NCBI GenBank assembly: GCA_963678065.2
Contig: CAXXVZ010000002.1
Coordinates: forward strand, 448,001 to 512,000
Source of the DNA: Treponemataceae bacterium
Lineage (GTDB): Bacteria; Spirochaetota; Spirochaetia; Treponematales; Rectinemataceae
Length of the DNA stretch: 64,000 nt
Direction: 5' to 3'
How positions within the stretch are numbered: position 1 is the first letter of the stretch; each line of letters begins with the position of its first letter. The translations under genes and the position numbers were made by a program. Below the pieces are notes generated by a model. That model did no database searches and was not told where the DNA came from. It saw only the letters and a program-made list of their open reading frames with translations. Positions 1 to 9,102 of the stretch are shown in pieces.

Positions 1-396
1 CGCGTCGACGCCCGCCTTCCAGGCGCCGAGGATTTCCGTCGGCGTCATGGCCCCTGCCACGACCGCCTTTCCGTACTGGTGGCAGATATCCACCATACCC
101 TGGTCGAAGTTGGGTCCGACGAGGAACTCGGCCCCGGCGAGGATGGCCGCCCGCGCGGTCTGCGCGTCCAGCACGGTGCCGGCGCCGATATAGAAGTCGC
201 TCCCCTTCATGCCTTCCGACGTCTCGCGTATGCAATCGAGCGCGTCGGGCATCGTCATCGTGATCTCGAGCAGGCGGATGCCGCCCTCCCGCAGTGCCCT
301 CGCGACGGGCACGAGATCGACCTGGCTGTCGACCCGAAGCACGACAACTACCCCCGTTTCCTTCAACGCCGAAACAACCTCGATCTTGCTGGGCAC
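1..396 (-). CDS. eda: KDPG/KHG aldolase (Eda family), runs off the window edge
   Basis: Not in ORF track. Manual translation from GTG at 396 (GGAGGG RBS upstream): MPSKIEVVSALKETGVVVVLR...IGAGTVLDAQTARAAILAGAEFLVGP...AGAMTPTEILGAWKAG, the typical Eda motifs. Confidence 0.9.
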   Translation of the reverse strand, partial: MPSKIEVVSALKETGVVVVLRVDSQVDLVPVARALREGGIRLLEITMTMPDALDCIRETSEGMKGSDFYIGAGTVLDAQTARAAILAGAEFLVGPNFDQGMVDICHQYGKAVVAGAMTPTEILGAWKAGVDA

Positions 397-460
397 GGTA
401 TTCCCTCCGGATGACCGAATCATAAACCCGGAATGATCCCTTGGCCAGAAAAGCCCACGC

Positions 461-532
461 TCACTCGATAGAAATGTCAGGGCGAAGAGAATCCCCGCGC
501 CGGTCATTTCTGCTGGTCATTTCTAATGAGTG
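461..532. promoter_or_regulatory. Putative operator half-sites in the eda/SDR divergent region
   Basis: TCACTCGATAGAAATGTCAG (461-480) is identical to 6566-6585. A degenerate inverted copy GGTCATTTCTAATGAGTG lies at 515-532. Confidence 0.65.
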
Positions 533-613
533 TTATCACCTGCGCCGCTTTATCATGAAGGCACCATGTTGTATCGTCCAAGCCATGCAGATGAAAAGAG
601 CTGGAGGATCCGA

Positions 614-1408
614 ATGAAAGTCGACTTGTCGGGGCGCGTAGCCATCATCACGGGCGCCTCCGGGGGGATCGGGAAGGCTATCGCCCGTTGTCTCCTGGAG
701 AACGGGGCCATCGTCGTCAACGCCGATCTCGACAGGGAAGGCGGCCAAAAGGCGCTCGAGGAACTTTCCGGGATCGGCCCCTTCGAGTACCGCGACACGG
801 ACGTAGCATCGATGGCGAGTGTCCAGGCCCTCGTCGACGGTGTCATAAAGGACCATGGCAGGATCGACATACTCGTGAACAACGCGGGCGTCAATATTGC
901 CGGGCACAAGCGTGCCGACATCGACGGGTTTCCGGACGACGAGTGGGAACGCATCCTCTCGGTGGACCTGGACGGCGTGTACAACTGTTCGAAGCTCGTG
1001 GCACGGGAAATGATCGCGAAGTCATCGGGAAGGATCGTCAACATCGGCTCGGTCTTCGGCCTCGTTCCCGCGCGGAAGCAGATCGCATTCACGGCGGCCA
1101 AGGCCGCCGTGCACAACATGTCCCGCTCCATGGCGCTCGAACTCGCGCCGCACGGGATCCTCGTGAACGCCGTCGCTCCGGGATCGATCCAGCTTGAAGG
1201 CACGAAGAGCCTGTTCTACGTCAAGGGAGCCGACTTCGACGACATGACGAGCCGCATGCTTTCTCACATTCCCCTCGGTCGTCCCGGCGTGCCCGAGGAG
1301 ATCGCGGGGATCGTCGCCTTCCTCTGCGCAAAGGAGAGTTCCTACATCACAGGTCAGGTCATCGCCGTGGACGGAGGATGGACCTGTGGATATACGAGGG
1401 ATTTCTAG
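614..1408 (+). CDS. SDR-family oxidoreductase with FxxxK in place of YxxxK
   Basis: [23 protein letters not shown] motifs; GGAGGA RBS before ATG 614. Confidence 0.9.
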   Translation: MKVDLSGRVAIITGASGGIGKAIARCLLENGAIVVNADLDREGGQKALEELSGIGPFEYRDTDVASMASVQALVDGVIKDHGRIDILVNNAGVNIAGHKRADIDGFPDDEWERILSVDLDGVYNCSKLVAREMIAKSSGRIVNIGSVFGLVPARKQIAFTAAKAAVHNMSRSMALELAPHGILVNAVAPGSIQLEGTKSLFYVKGADFDDMTSRMLSHIPLGRPGVPEEIAGIVAFLCAKESSYITGQVIAVDGGWTCGYTRDF

Positions 1409-1504
1409 TCAGCATTGACAGGAGCGGTTGAGTACGGTATTTATTAGCGTTGCCCGCCGTATGCGCCCCCAGCGTGCGCCAACAGTCCGAGAGGTACGCC
1501 CATC

Positions 1505-2176
1505 ATGCTTGCACCGGTCGACAAGAGTTCACTTTCCGTCGAAGTCGCCAACAATATCCGCTTGGGCATACTTAGTGGAAGAATCCAGCCGGGACAAAAA
1601 CTCCTCGAGCAGGAACTTTCCGAACAGCTGAACACGAGCAGGGGACCGATCAGGGATGCATTCATACGCCTCGAGCAGGAAGGTCTGGTCCTCCGGGAGC
1701 CCAACCGGAGCGTCAAGGTCGTCATCATGACCGAGGAGGACATCGAGGAGATCCACAGTCTCAGGCTCTCGATGGAGCAGTTGGCCCTGCGCTACATCTG
1801 CAGCGGCCGCTCAAAACCGGACGTTTCGCGCTTGCGGACCATCGTCGATAAACTTCGCACCAGCATCACCGAAGGCGCCGTTCTGGAACAAGCCGTCGAA
1901 ATGGACCTCGAATTCCACGAGGAAATTGTGCGGGCTTCGGGCCACAGACGGCTCCACAAGCTCTGGCTGAGCCTCAAGCCTCAGATCGGTTTTCTCATCT
2001 ATACGAAGAACATCCATAATGTCTACAACTTTGCCGGCGGTTCAGACCAACACGAAGAGCTTATCGAAGCGATCGAAAAAATGGAAATCGCGAAATGCGA
2101 GAAAATAATCCGCGAGCATCTTAACAGCGTCCTCAATACTTTGCTCGAAAGCTATCGTGCGAAACCCGGCGCCTGA
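1505..2176 (+). CDS. GntR-family (FCD) transcriptional regulator
   Basis: N-terminal wHTH PGQKLLEQELSEQLNTSRGPIRDA; FCD DLEFHEEIVRASG. Confidence 0.9.
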   Translation: MLAPVDKSSLSVEVANNIRLGILSGRIQPGQKLLEQELSEQLNTSRGPIRDAFIRLEQEGLVLREPNRSVKVVIMTEEDIEEIHSLRLSMEQLALRYICSGRSKPDVSRLRTIVDKLRTSITEGAVLEQAVEMDLEFHEEIVRASGHRRLHKLWLSLKPQIGFLIYTKNIHNVYNFAGGSDQHEELIEAIEKMEIAKCEKIIREHLNSVLNTLLESYRAKPGA

Positions 2177-2329
2177 CCGGGTGTAAGGCGCTCTGCCTCG
2201 TTCTCTGCCTCGTCTCCTTCCTGAACGACAGCGTCGGGCATTCCGCTGTGGGTCCGGGCGGGACATTTCTAAGGAGCAGGGCGAGCCTGCACCTTGTGGT
2301 TCCCGGACCTGCAAACCTATCATTCGGCC

Positions 2330-3334
2330 ATGAAGAGCCATATCAGCGCGGTGCTCGATCGGGAAACCCTCCTCTTGCTGTACCGGAAGATGGTCGAGAT
2401 ACGCAAATGCGAAGAGCGCCTTATCAAGTCCTTCCAGGCAGGGCTCATTTACGGCGGCTGCCACACCTACATCGGAGAGGAGCCGATCGCGACAGGCCTG
2501 AGCGCCCACCTCAGGAAAGACGACTATGTATTCGGAACGCATCGAGGTCATGGGCACGCGATCGCCAAGGGGCTGGAACCTTTCGAACTGTTCGCGGAGC
2601 TCTACGGTCGCTCAGGCGGCGCTTCCGGCGGCCGCGGAGGCAGCATGCACCTGTTCAAGCCCGAAATAGGACTCATGGGCACGAACGGCATCGTGGGACC
2701 AAGTATCCTTCTCGCGACGGGCGCCGCCTATGCCTTCAAGCTCAACAGGACCGATCGCGTCGCCGTGGCCTATTTCGGCGACGGGGCTGTCAACAACGGG
2801 GCATTCCACGAAGGCTGCAACATGGCTGCCAATTGGGAGCTTCCCGTCATACTCGTGTGCGAGAACAATCTCTACGCGACTGAGGTTCCCTTCTCCTCGG
2901 TGACGAAGCAGACCAGCGTCGTCAAGCGGGCCGCGGGCTATGGGCTCAGGTGCGCCGTCGCCGATGGCACCGACATGCTCGAAGTCTACGCCAGAGCCGG
3001 TGATGCGATCGCGCTCGCCCGCGCGGGCAAGGGCCCGACCCTCCTCGAGTTCAAGACCTATCGGCATCGTTCGCACGCCGAGGGCATGCCCGAGTCCGGC
3101 TATCGGTCCAGGGAAGAGGTCGAGCACTGGAAAAAACGCGATCCGATCAAGCGGTTCTCGGAGTACATCACGGCGGGTTCGATCGCGAGTGCCGATGAAT
3201 TGGCCGCCATTGACCGGGAGATCGCGAAGAAGATCGATGTTTCCAATGCGGAGGCCTTGAAGAGCCCTTCCCCCGATCCATCGACCGAGTTCGACCATGT
3301 CCTCGCGGACCCATCAGGAGGAGCCCGTGCGTGA
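2330..3334 (+). CDS. ThDP-dependent 2-oxoacid/acetoin dehydrogenase E1 alpha subunit
   Basis: THRGHGH, GRGGSMH, GDGA...CENN ThDP motif, TYRHRSH. Confidence 0.92.
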   Translation: MKSHISAVLDRETLLLLYRKMVEIRKCEERLIKSFQAGLIYGGCHTYIGEEPIATGLSAHLRKDDYVFGTHRGHGHAIAKGLEPFELFAELYGRSGGASGGRGGSMHLFKPEIGLMGTNGIVGPSILLATGAAYAFKLNRTDRVAVAYFGDGAVNNGAFHEGCNMAANWELPVILVCENNLYATEVPFSSVTKQTSVVKRAAGYGLRCAVADGTDMLEVYARAGDAIALARAGKGPTLLEFKTYRHRSHAEGMPESGYRSREEVEHWKKRDPIKRFSEYITAGSIASADELAAIDREIAKKIDVSNAEALKSPSPDPSTEFDHVLADPSGGARA

Positions 3335-4304
3335 GCTCAGCTATATCGAGGCGGCGCGCGAGGCCCTCACCGAGGAGATGGCCCGCGATTCCACGATCTT
3401 CGTCGTCGGCGAGGGCATAGGTCGCCGTGGCGGAAATTTTAGCACGACGGTCGGCTTGTTCGATCGCTATGGCCCCGAGCGCCTGTGCGACACTCCCATC
3501 AGCGAGCGCGGATTCACGACCATGTGCATCGGCGCGGCGGCGGCCGGCGCACGGCCTGTGGTTGACTGCATGTTCGTCGACTTCGCCCTCGACGCGATCA
3601 GCGATCTCGTGAACCAGGCATCAAAGATGCGGTGGATGAGCGGCGGCCGTGTCAGCGTACCGATCGTCGTCAGAGCATGTATGGGCATCTTCTCCTCGGG
3701 AGCGGCGCACCATTCAGGAAACTATTACTCGTTCTTTGCCCACATCCCGGGTTTTCATGTCGTTCTACCCGCCACGCCCGCCGATGCGAAGGGTCTTCTC
3801 AAGACATCCCTTCGCTCGAAGGACCCCGTTATTTTTCTCGAGCACCGTGCCCTGCTCGGATTGAAGGGACCGGTGCCCGAGGGAGAATATGCCATTCCCT
3901 TCGGCCAGGCGGCTGTCGTTCGCGAGGGACGGGATATGACGATTGTGGCCATCTCGGCGATGGTGCCGCGCAGCATCGAGGCCGCGCAGGTTCTCGAAAA
4001 AGAAGGCATCTCGGTAGAGATCATCGATCCACGGACCGTGGCTCCCCTCGACATAGAAACTATTCGCCGGTCGGTCTCGAAAACAGGCAGGCTGCTCATC
4101 GTCGAGGAGGACTACGCGCCCTGCAGCGTGGCCGCGGAAATCGCCGCGCGCATCTGCGACGAGTCCTTCGATGATCTCGATGCGCCGATCCGCAGGCTTC
4201 ATGCCGGTTTCGCGCCGGCGCCCTATAGTCCCTCGCTCGAGAAAGCCGTAATCATCAGCGCCGATTCCATCGTCCGCAGCGTCCGCGAGCTGCGGGCGGA
4301 ATGA
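3327..4304 (+). CDS. 2-oxoacid/acetoin dehydrogenase E1 beta subunit
   Basis: DTPISE, DPVIFLEH, IIDPRTVAPLD, LDAPIRR; GTG at 3327 with AGGAGG RBS, overlapping the alpha stop. Confidence 0.92.
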   Translation: MRELSYIEAAREALTEEMARDSTIFVVGEGIGRRGGNFSTTVGLFDRYGPERLCDTPISERGFTTMCIGAAAAGARPVVDCMFVDFALDAISDLVNQASKMRWMSGGRVSVPIVVRACMGIFSSGAAHHSGNYYSFFAHIPGFHVVLPATPADAKGLLKTSLRSKDPVIFLEHRALLGLKGPVPEGEYAIPFGQAAVVREGRDMTIVAISAMVPRSIEAAQVLEKEGISVEIIDPRTVAPLDIETIRRSVSKTGRLLIVEEDYAPCSVAAEIAARICDESFDDLDAPIRRLHAGFAPAPYSPSLEKAVIISADSIVRSVRELRAE

Positions 4305-4313
4305 GGTCATCCC

Positions 4314-5429
4314 ATGGCTAGCGACGTCATCATTCCCCGCATCGGGTGGTCGATGGAGAAGGGCGTATTCGTCGAATGGCTCAGGAAGGAGGGAGACGCA
4401 ATCGCTGTTGGCGATGCGCTGTTCCTCATCGAAGCCGACAAGGCAAACGCGGAAGTCGTCTCGGAGGAGGCGGGCGTCCTGCACATCTTTCCGGGACGGG
4501 CGAAGCAGGGTGACGAACTGATGGTCGGCACCGTGATCGGCTGCCTCCTCGATGCGGGTGAGGCCCTGCCCGGAGACGTTGCGCCAGCAGGCGCGGCGCC
4601 CGCGGAGGTTCCTGCAGGAGCTGCACTGCCCGCCAGCCCGGCTGCGATGCCCCCCGGGCCTCCCGGACAAGCGCCAGAGCATGGATCCAGGATCGTTTCC
4701 TCCCCGCGCGCCCGCCGGGTATCCAGGGAATTGGGTGTAGATTTGATCGGGCTTGCAGGCTCAGGCAAGGGCGGCCGGATAATCGAGCGCGATGTCCGGA
4801 GAGCGGTGACCGCGCCGGAACGGAGGCAGGCATCGGAGTATCTGGCGGACCGGACTTCGATCCTGTCCACCATCCGCCTGACCGTGGACGCGACCGAACT
4901 CGTGTCGCTTCTCGAACGGCTTTGCAGCTCGGGGGCCGACGCCCGTCTCGCACCGGGCCGCTATCGGGGGCTTCTCGTCAAGTTCGCCGTTTCGGCCTAT
5001 CAACATGCCTTTGACGCAGCGAATGCCGGAGCGGGCGCCGACATCGCCTACGGTTCCTTAGTGGATGAGAGGATCTCCTGGGACTCCCTCCGCGGTGCGC
5101 GGCGAAAAGGTCTGGATGAACTTGCCCTCGAACTCGATTCGGGCGAAGGCAAAGCAGGCAGTCTTTCGGGTCTGGAATCTTTCGCCTTCATCGATCTTGG
5201 CGCCTTCGGCGTCGACGAGTACATTCCCGGCGTCGAGATCCCCTCCAGTCTACTCCTCTGTTTCGGCCGACTCATCGAGGGAAAGGTGCAGGAGAAAGTC
5301 CAGTCCCGCACCCAAACCCTGAAAATCGGCCTCTCCTTCAAGGAGAATCTCGTCAGCTTTGCGCAGGCGTCCCGATTCCTGGGAAACCTCGGATCCGCAC
5401 TCCTCGACCCTGTTCTCTGGCTCCTCTGA
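4314..5429 (+). CDS. E2-like lipoyl-domain protein with a degenerate acyltransferase domain
   Basis: Lipoyl domain IEADKANAEV, Ala/Pro linker, subunit-binding domain SPRARR...GSGKGGRI. C-terminal domain lacks DHRxxDG. Confidence 0.85.
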   Translation: MASDVIIPRIGWSMEKGVFVEWLRKEGDAIAVGDALFLIEADKANAEVVSEEAGVLHIFPGRAKQGDELMVGTVIGCLLDAGEALPGDVAPAGAAPAEVPAGAALPASPAAMPPGPPGQAPEHGSRIVSSPRARRVSRELGVDLIGLAGSGKGGRIIERDVRRAVTAPERRQASEYLADRTSILSTIRLTVDATELVSLLERLCSSGADARLAPGRYRGLLVKFAVSAYQHAFDAANAGAGADIAYGSLVDERISWDSLRGARRKGLDELALELDSGEGKAGSLSGLESFAFIDLGAFGVDEYIPGVEIPSSLLLCFGRLIEGKVQEKVQSRTQTLKIGLSFKENLVSFAQASRFLGNLGSALLDPVLWLL

Positions 5430-5530
5430 ATCCATGCGCGCGATGACCGCGCACGAATGATTCAGGGCATGTTCGCGCACAGAGAGGCCGATCGCGTCGT
5501 CATGTGGGACTTCCCGCGGCCACCGATGGT

Positions 5531-6499
5531 CTAGCCGGCCACCCCATTCACGATATTCGGGAGTTTCTGTCTCCTGATCGCGATGGCGACAGTCTTCGCC
5601 GCGTCGGTACGGAGCTTGAGGACAGCCTGGGGACTCGCCGACGCAATGTGCGAATTGATGATCACGTTCTCCATGCCGACGATCGGGTGGTCGTGGTTGA
5701 TCGGCTCTGGATCGGTAACGTCCATCGCGGCGGCGGCTATCTGGCCCGAGCGGAGCGCGGCGACGAGGTCATCGGTGCGCACCAAGGTGCCCCGCGAAAT
5801 GTTGACGAAAAGGCAACCTCGCTTCATCTTCGCGATCGACGATGCGTTGATCATGTACCGTGTCGTCTCCGTGCTGGGGCAGTGGAGGGTGACTATATCG
5901 CTCTGCGCATAGAGTTCGTCGAGGGTGACGGGCTCTACTCCATCGGCGCGCATCTTCGCCGCGTCGACGGCCGGATCGAAGGCAATCAGCTTGCACTTGA
6001 AGGGCCTGAGCCTTAGTGCAACTTCCCTGCCGATCTTGCCATAGGCAACGATGCCGACGGTCTGGTCCTTGAGGCTCCGCATGGCCTCGATAGGCACGGC
6101 GAGGCCCCATTCCCCATTGCGGACTTTCACGCCGTTTTGGGTGATCCTTCGGCAGAGGTCAAGTATCATCGCAAGCGTATGGTCGGCCACTTCATCCGTG
6201 CAGAAATCGGGGATGTTGCAGACAGGTATGCCCTTCGCCGCCGCGGCCTTGAGGTCGACATTGTCTACGCCGATGCCATAGCGCACGATAACCTTGCAAC
6301 GCTTCATCGCGCCGATGATGTCGGCGTTGACTGGCGCGAACTGGGTTATGACATAGTCCGCATCCTCCACGAGGGCCGCGAGGGCGGCCGGATCCTTGCC
6401 GGACTTGTTGGCTTTGAGTTCGCAACCGAGGGGTTCGATGATCGTTCGCTCGATCTCGACATCGTCGAAGGCATAATCGGTGATAACTGCTTTGGGCAT
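5531..6499 (-). CDS. D-isomer-specific 2-hydroxyacid dehydrogenase (CtBP-like)
   Basis: RYGIGVDNVD, AYGKIG, LHCP, VNISRG, DVTDPEP, SHIAS. Confidence 0.9.
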   Translation of the reverse strand: MPKAVITDYAFDDVEIERTIIEPLGCELKANKSGKDPAALAALVEDADYVITQFAPVNADIIGAMKRCKVIVRYGIGVDNVDLKAAAAKGIPVCNIPDFCTDEVADHTLAMILDLCRRITQNGVKVRNGEWGLAVPIEAMRSLKDQTVGIVAYGKIGREVALRLRPFKCKLIAFDPAVDAAKMRADGVEPVTLDELYAQSDIVTLHCPSTETTRYMINASSIAKMKRGCLFVNISRGTLVRTDDLVAALRSGQIAAAAMDVTDPEPINHDHPIVGMENVIINSHIASASPQAVLKLRTDAAKTVAIAIRRQKLPNIVNGVAG

Positions 6500-6566
6500 C
6501 ATATTCTCCTTGCGATCATCCCCTATCATCCGCGGCTTCGGCGAGTCAATGAGAAAGCGCCCCCGT

Positions 6567-6605
6567 CACTCGATAGAAATGTCAGCATGACAATTCTATC
6601 GAGTG
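6567..6605. promoter_or_regulatory. 18-bp-arm inverted repeat, putative operator between divergent genes
   Basis: CACTCGATAGAAATGTCA-GCA-TGACAATTCTATCGAGTG, one mismatch between arms. Confidence 0.75.
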
Positions 6606-6660
6606 TACCAATCCGGCATTTTGACCCAAAAGTGCGGCTCGTCTAGCATGCAAACGTGGG

Positions 6661-8409
6661 ATGGAGCAAGGGGAAATGCAGATGAAATACGGCAAGCTCG
6701 ATCTTGACCCGGTCAAGAGTCCTGGAGTCCTCGATACGGCAACGTGGGACAAGGAAGGGCTCTGCCGCCTTATCGCCTCACGGGGATCCGCCTGGTTCGG
6801 CCTCTTCGACAGAGCGGCGCATGCGGAAATCCAGGAAAAACCATTTCATGGCATCGTCGCGGCCGGATCCGTCCTGGCACGCGAAGGGCGGCTCTATCTT
6901 TTGGCCCAGGTCGACGATGGACAATATGTCTTTCTCTCTCGTGGAAGCGTCGGGAGCAAAGATCTTCTGGGCAAGCCGCTCGCCGAACTCCGTTCAGAAG
7001 ATGATTCTCTCCTGTCTGCTTATCCAACCGACGCCTCTACCATCGACCGCTACTGTCGCACCTTGAATCCCCCCAACGCGCCGCGCGCGCTCGGAAGAAG
7101 ACCCCGACTCGGCATTGGCACCCGCATGACGACGCGGATCTGGCCGGGCATCTTCCAGGCGATGAGGAAAGGAGGTTTTGCGGCGAACGCCATCCAGAAC
7201 TCGGTGCGCGAACTGAACCTGCTGGGCCACCTCGAGGAGGGAAAGCCTCCCGAGAAGAACACAGCTTTCTGCTTCGGGGAAATCGAAAGCGGATACACGG
7301 GAAGCACCTTCGAGGGCCTCTGGGTCGCCGGCACCCTCGCCGCGCTCATGCACGAACATCCTCTCGTCTATGGCGCCGATGCCGACCACATCCAGCTCAA
7401 GCGATCTGATACCGGCCTGCGCCAGGCCCTGTCCGTCGTCGAGGCGGCGCGCTACTACAGTTTCTTCACCCTCGATCCCTCTGACATGCTCGATTACAAG
7501 GCATTGCATTGCACTCCTTCCGGCGACTCGCTCATTCGTGCCAAGGTGCCCGATGCGAGGCTTCGGAAGGAACTACTGGGCTGGCACAGCCGGGGAATCA
7601 GGATCGCCGGACGCAGCTACCATCCGGACGCCGACCTCATCGGAAGGCTCGTGGGGAAGTACTGGGATTCGATGCAGGGCGCTGAGGCCTTGGTATCGCG
7701 CATCAAGGCGCTCAAAGGGGTCGAACCATTCGACCTCGAATTTGCCTACGACGAGAATCCGCCCGAGGTCGCCGTCAGCGGGTCAATTTCCCTCGACGAG
7801 GAAAATCTCTTCGTCATGCGGGAAGTACAGAGGCGAGGCCTGCCCTTTACCCACATAGCGCCCAATCTCGGAGTGGAAAAAGGCAGGGACTACCGCCTCC
7901 CTGACGGACACGATGGACTCGCGGCGCGGCTTTCCTTGGCAGTCACGATGGCAGAGGAATTGGGCTTCATGGTGGACGTCCATTCCGCGGACGACCTCTC
8001 GCCGGCTACGCGGAAGGTCATCGGGAAGGCGGGGAGGGGCAGGCTCCACTACAAGATTTCCCCCAGTCTCATGTACCTCTTTGCCGAATGCGTCCATGAT
8101 CACTTTCCGGAGCTTTTCAGGCGATGGTGGGACGACGCTCTGGCCTATGCAGAGCGCGAGGCACACAGAGGGTCACCGATCGCCCGCGACTGTCTTGCCG
8201 CCCTGGATGCGAGCCCCGATCGCTCTCCCTCGCCCCGTCATGAGCTCTTCCACCAGTTTTACTTCGCTTTCCCGGGAAGGAGAGACGACGAGGGGCGCTT
8301 CGCCAACCGCGAGATCCTGTATTCCCTTTCATCCGAATTCTATGCGGATTACCAGTCGCGAGTGGCTCAAAGGTTGGGCGAGATAGCAGCTGATGTTTTC
8401 ATCACCTGA
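6661..8409 (+). CDS. UxaE-like tagaturonate/fructuronate epimerase family protein
   Basis: LGIGTR, QNSVREL, YGADADHI, FFTLDPS, DLEFAYDE, THIAPNLG.EKG.DY, VHSADD. Start may be 6676 or 6682. Confidence 0.75.
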   Translation: MEQGEMQMKYGKLDLDPVKSPGVLDTATWDKEGLCRLIASRGSAWFGLFDRAAHAEIQEKPFHGIVAAGSVLAREGRLYLLAQVDDGQYVFLSRGSVGSKDLLGKPLAELRSEDDSLLSAYPTDASTIDRYCRTLNPPNAPRALGRRPRLGIGTRMTTRIWPGIFQAMRKGGFAANAIQNSVRELNLLGHLEEGKPPEKNTAFCFGEIESGYTGSTFEGLWVAGTLAALMHEHPLVYGADADHIQLKRSDTGLRQALSVVEAARYYSFFTLDPSDMLDYKALHCTPSGDSLIRAKVPDARLRKELLGWHSRGIRIAGRSYHPDADLIGRLVGKYWDSMQGAEALVSRIKALKGVEPFDLEFAYDENPPEVAVSGSISLDEENLFVMREVQRRGLPFTHIAPNLGVEKGRDYRLPDGHDGLAARLSLAVTMAEELGFMVDVHSADDLSPATRKVIGKAGRGRLHYKISPSLMYLFAECVHDHFPELFRRWWDDALAYAEREAHRGSPIARDCLAALDASPDRSPSPRHELFHQFYFAFPGRRDDEGRFANREILYSLSSEFYADYQSRVAQRLGEIAADVFIT

Positions 8410-8424
8410 ATCGAGGAGGAATGC

Positions 8425-9102
8425 ATGCTATTGTTTATCGACAGCTCCGATCCCGCGGAAATAACCAAGGCCAGCGAATGGGGCGTGATCGATGGAGTCA
8501 CGACGAACCCCAGCGTCATCGCGAAGGGCGGGAGCGACATGAGGAAGACTCTCGCGAGGGTCCTCGATGTTTCGACCGGTCCCGTACTCTGCCAAGCCAT
8601 CGGCTGGGATGAGAAAGGCAGCCTGGTTGCGCAGGCGAAATGGCTCTCCGCCTATTCGGACCGCATCGTCGTCAAGCTTCCGATCTGCACCAGCGGCATC
8701 ATGGCGCTCAATCAGCTCAAGCGGGAAGTCCCGGGGATCAGGATCGCGATCACCTTGGTCTCCTCGCTCGCGCAGGCCTACCTCGCCGCGAAGGCCGGGG
8801 CTGACATTGTCGCGCTGTTCAACGGACCCCTCGAACAGAGCATCGACCAAGACGTCGACCTCGTCGGTCCTGTAAAAAAAATATATGCCAATTATGGCTT
8901 TGAAACGAAAATACTCTCCTGCGGCAGGTACCCCCGTTCCTTCGGCGAGTACGCTGTCGCGGGCACCGACATCTGCACGCTCAAATTCGAATTCCTCCCG
9001 CTCCTCTTCGAACATCCCTTCACCGAGAAGCGCCAGCGCGGCTTCCTGGCCGACTGGAAGAAGACCTTTGGCGACGAGACCTGGCCGAAGGCGGAATCAT
9101 GA
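8425..9102 (+). CDS. Transaldolase/fructose-6-phosphate aldolase family protein, atypical active site
   Basis: LFIDS, DGVTTNPS, IVVKLP (Schiff-base Lys), HPFT. Confidence 0.88.
   Translation: MLLFIDSSDPAEITKASEWGVIDGVTTNPSVIAKGGSDMRKTLARVLDVSTGPVLCQAIGWDEKGSLVAQAKWLSAYSDRIVVKLPICTSGIMALNQLKREVPGIRIAITLVSSLAQAYLAAKAGADIVALFNGPLEQSIDQDVDLVGPVKKIYANYGFETKILSCGRYPRSFGEYAVAGTDICTLKFEFLPLLFEHPFTEKRQRGFLADWKKTFGDETWPKAES

Noticed and set aside
2330..5429. Housekeeping pyruvate dehydrogenase (pdhABC)
   Set aside because: E2 lacks catalytic residues, there is no E3, and the context is accessory catabolism; no gene symbols assigned.
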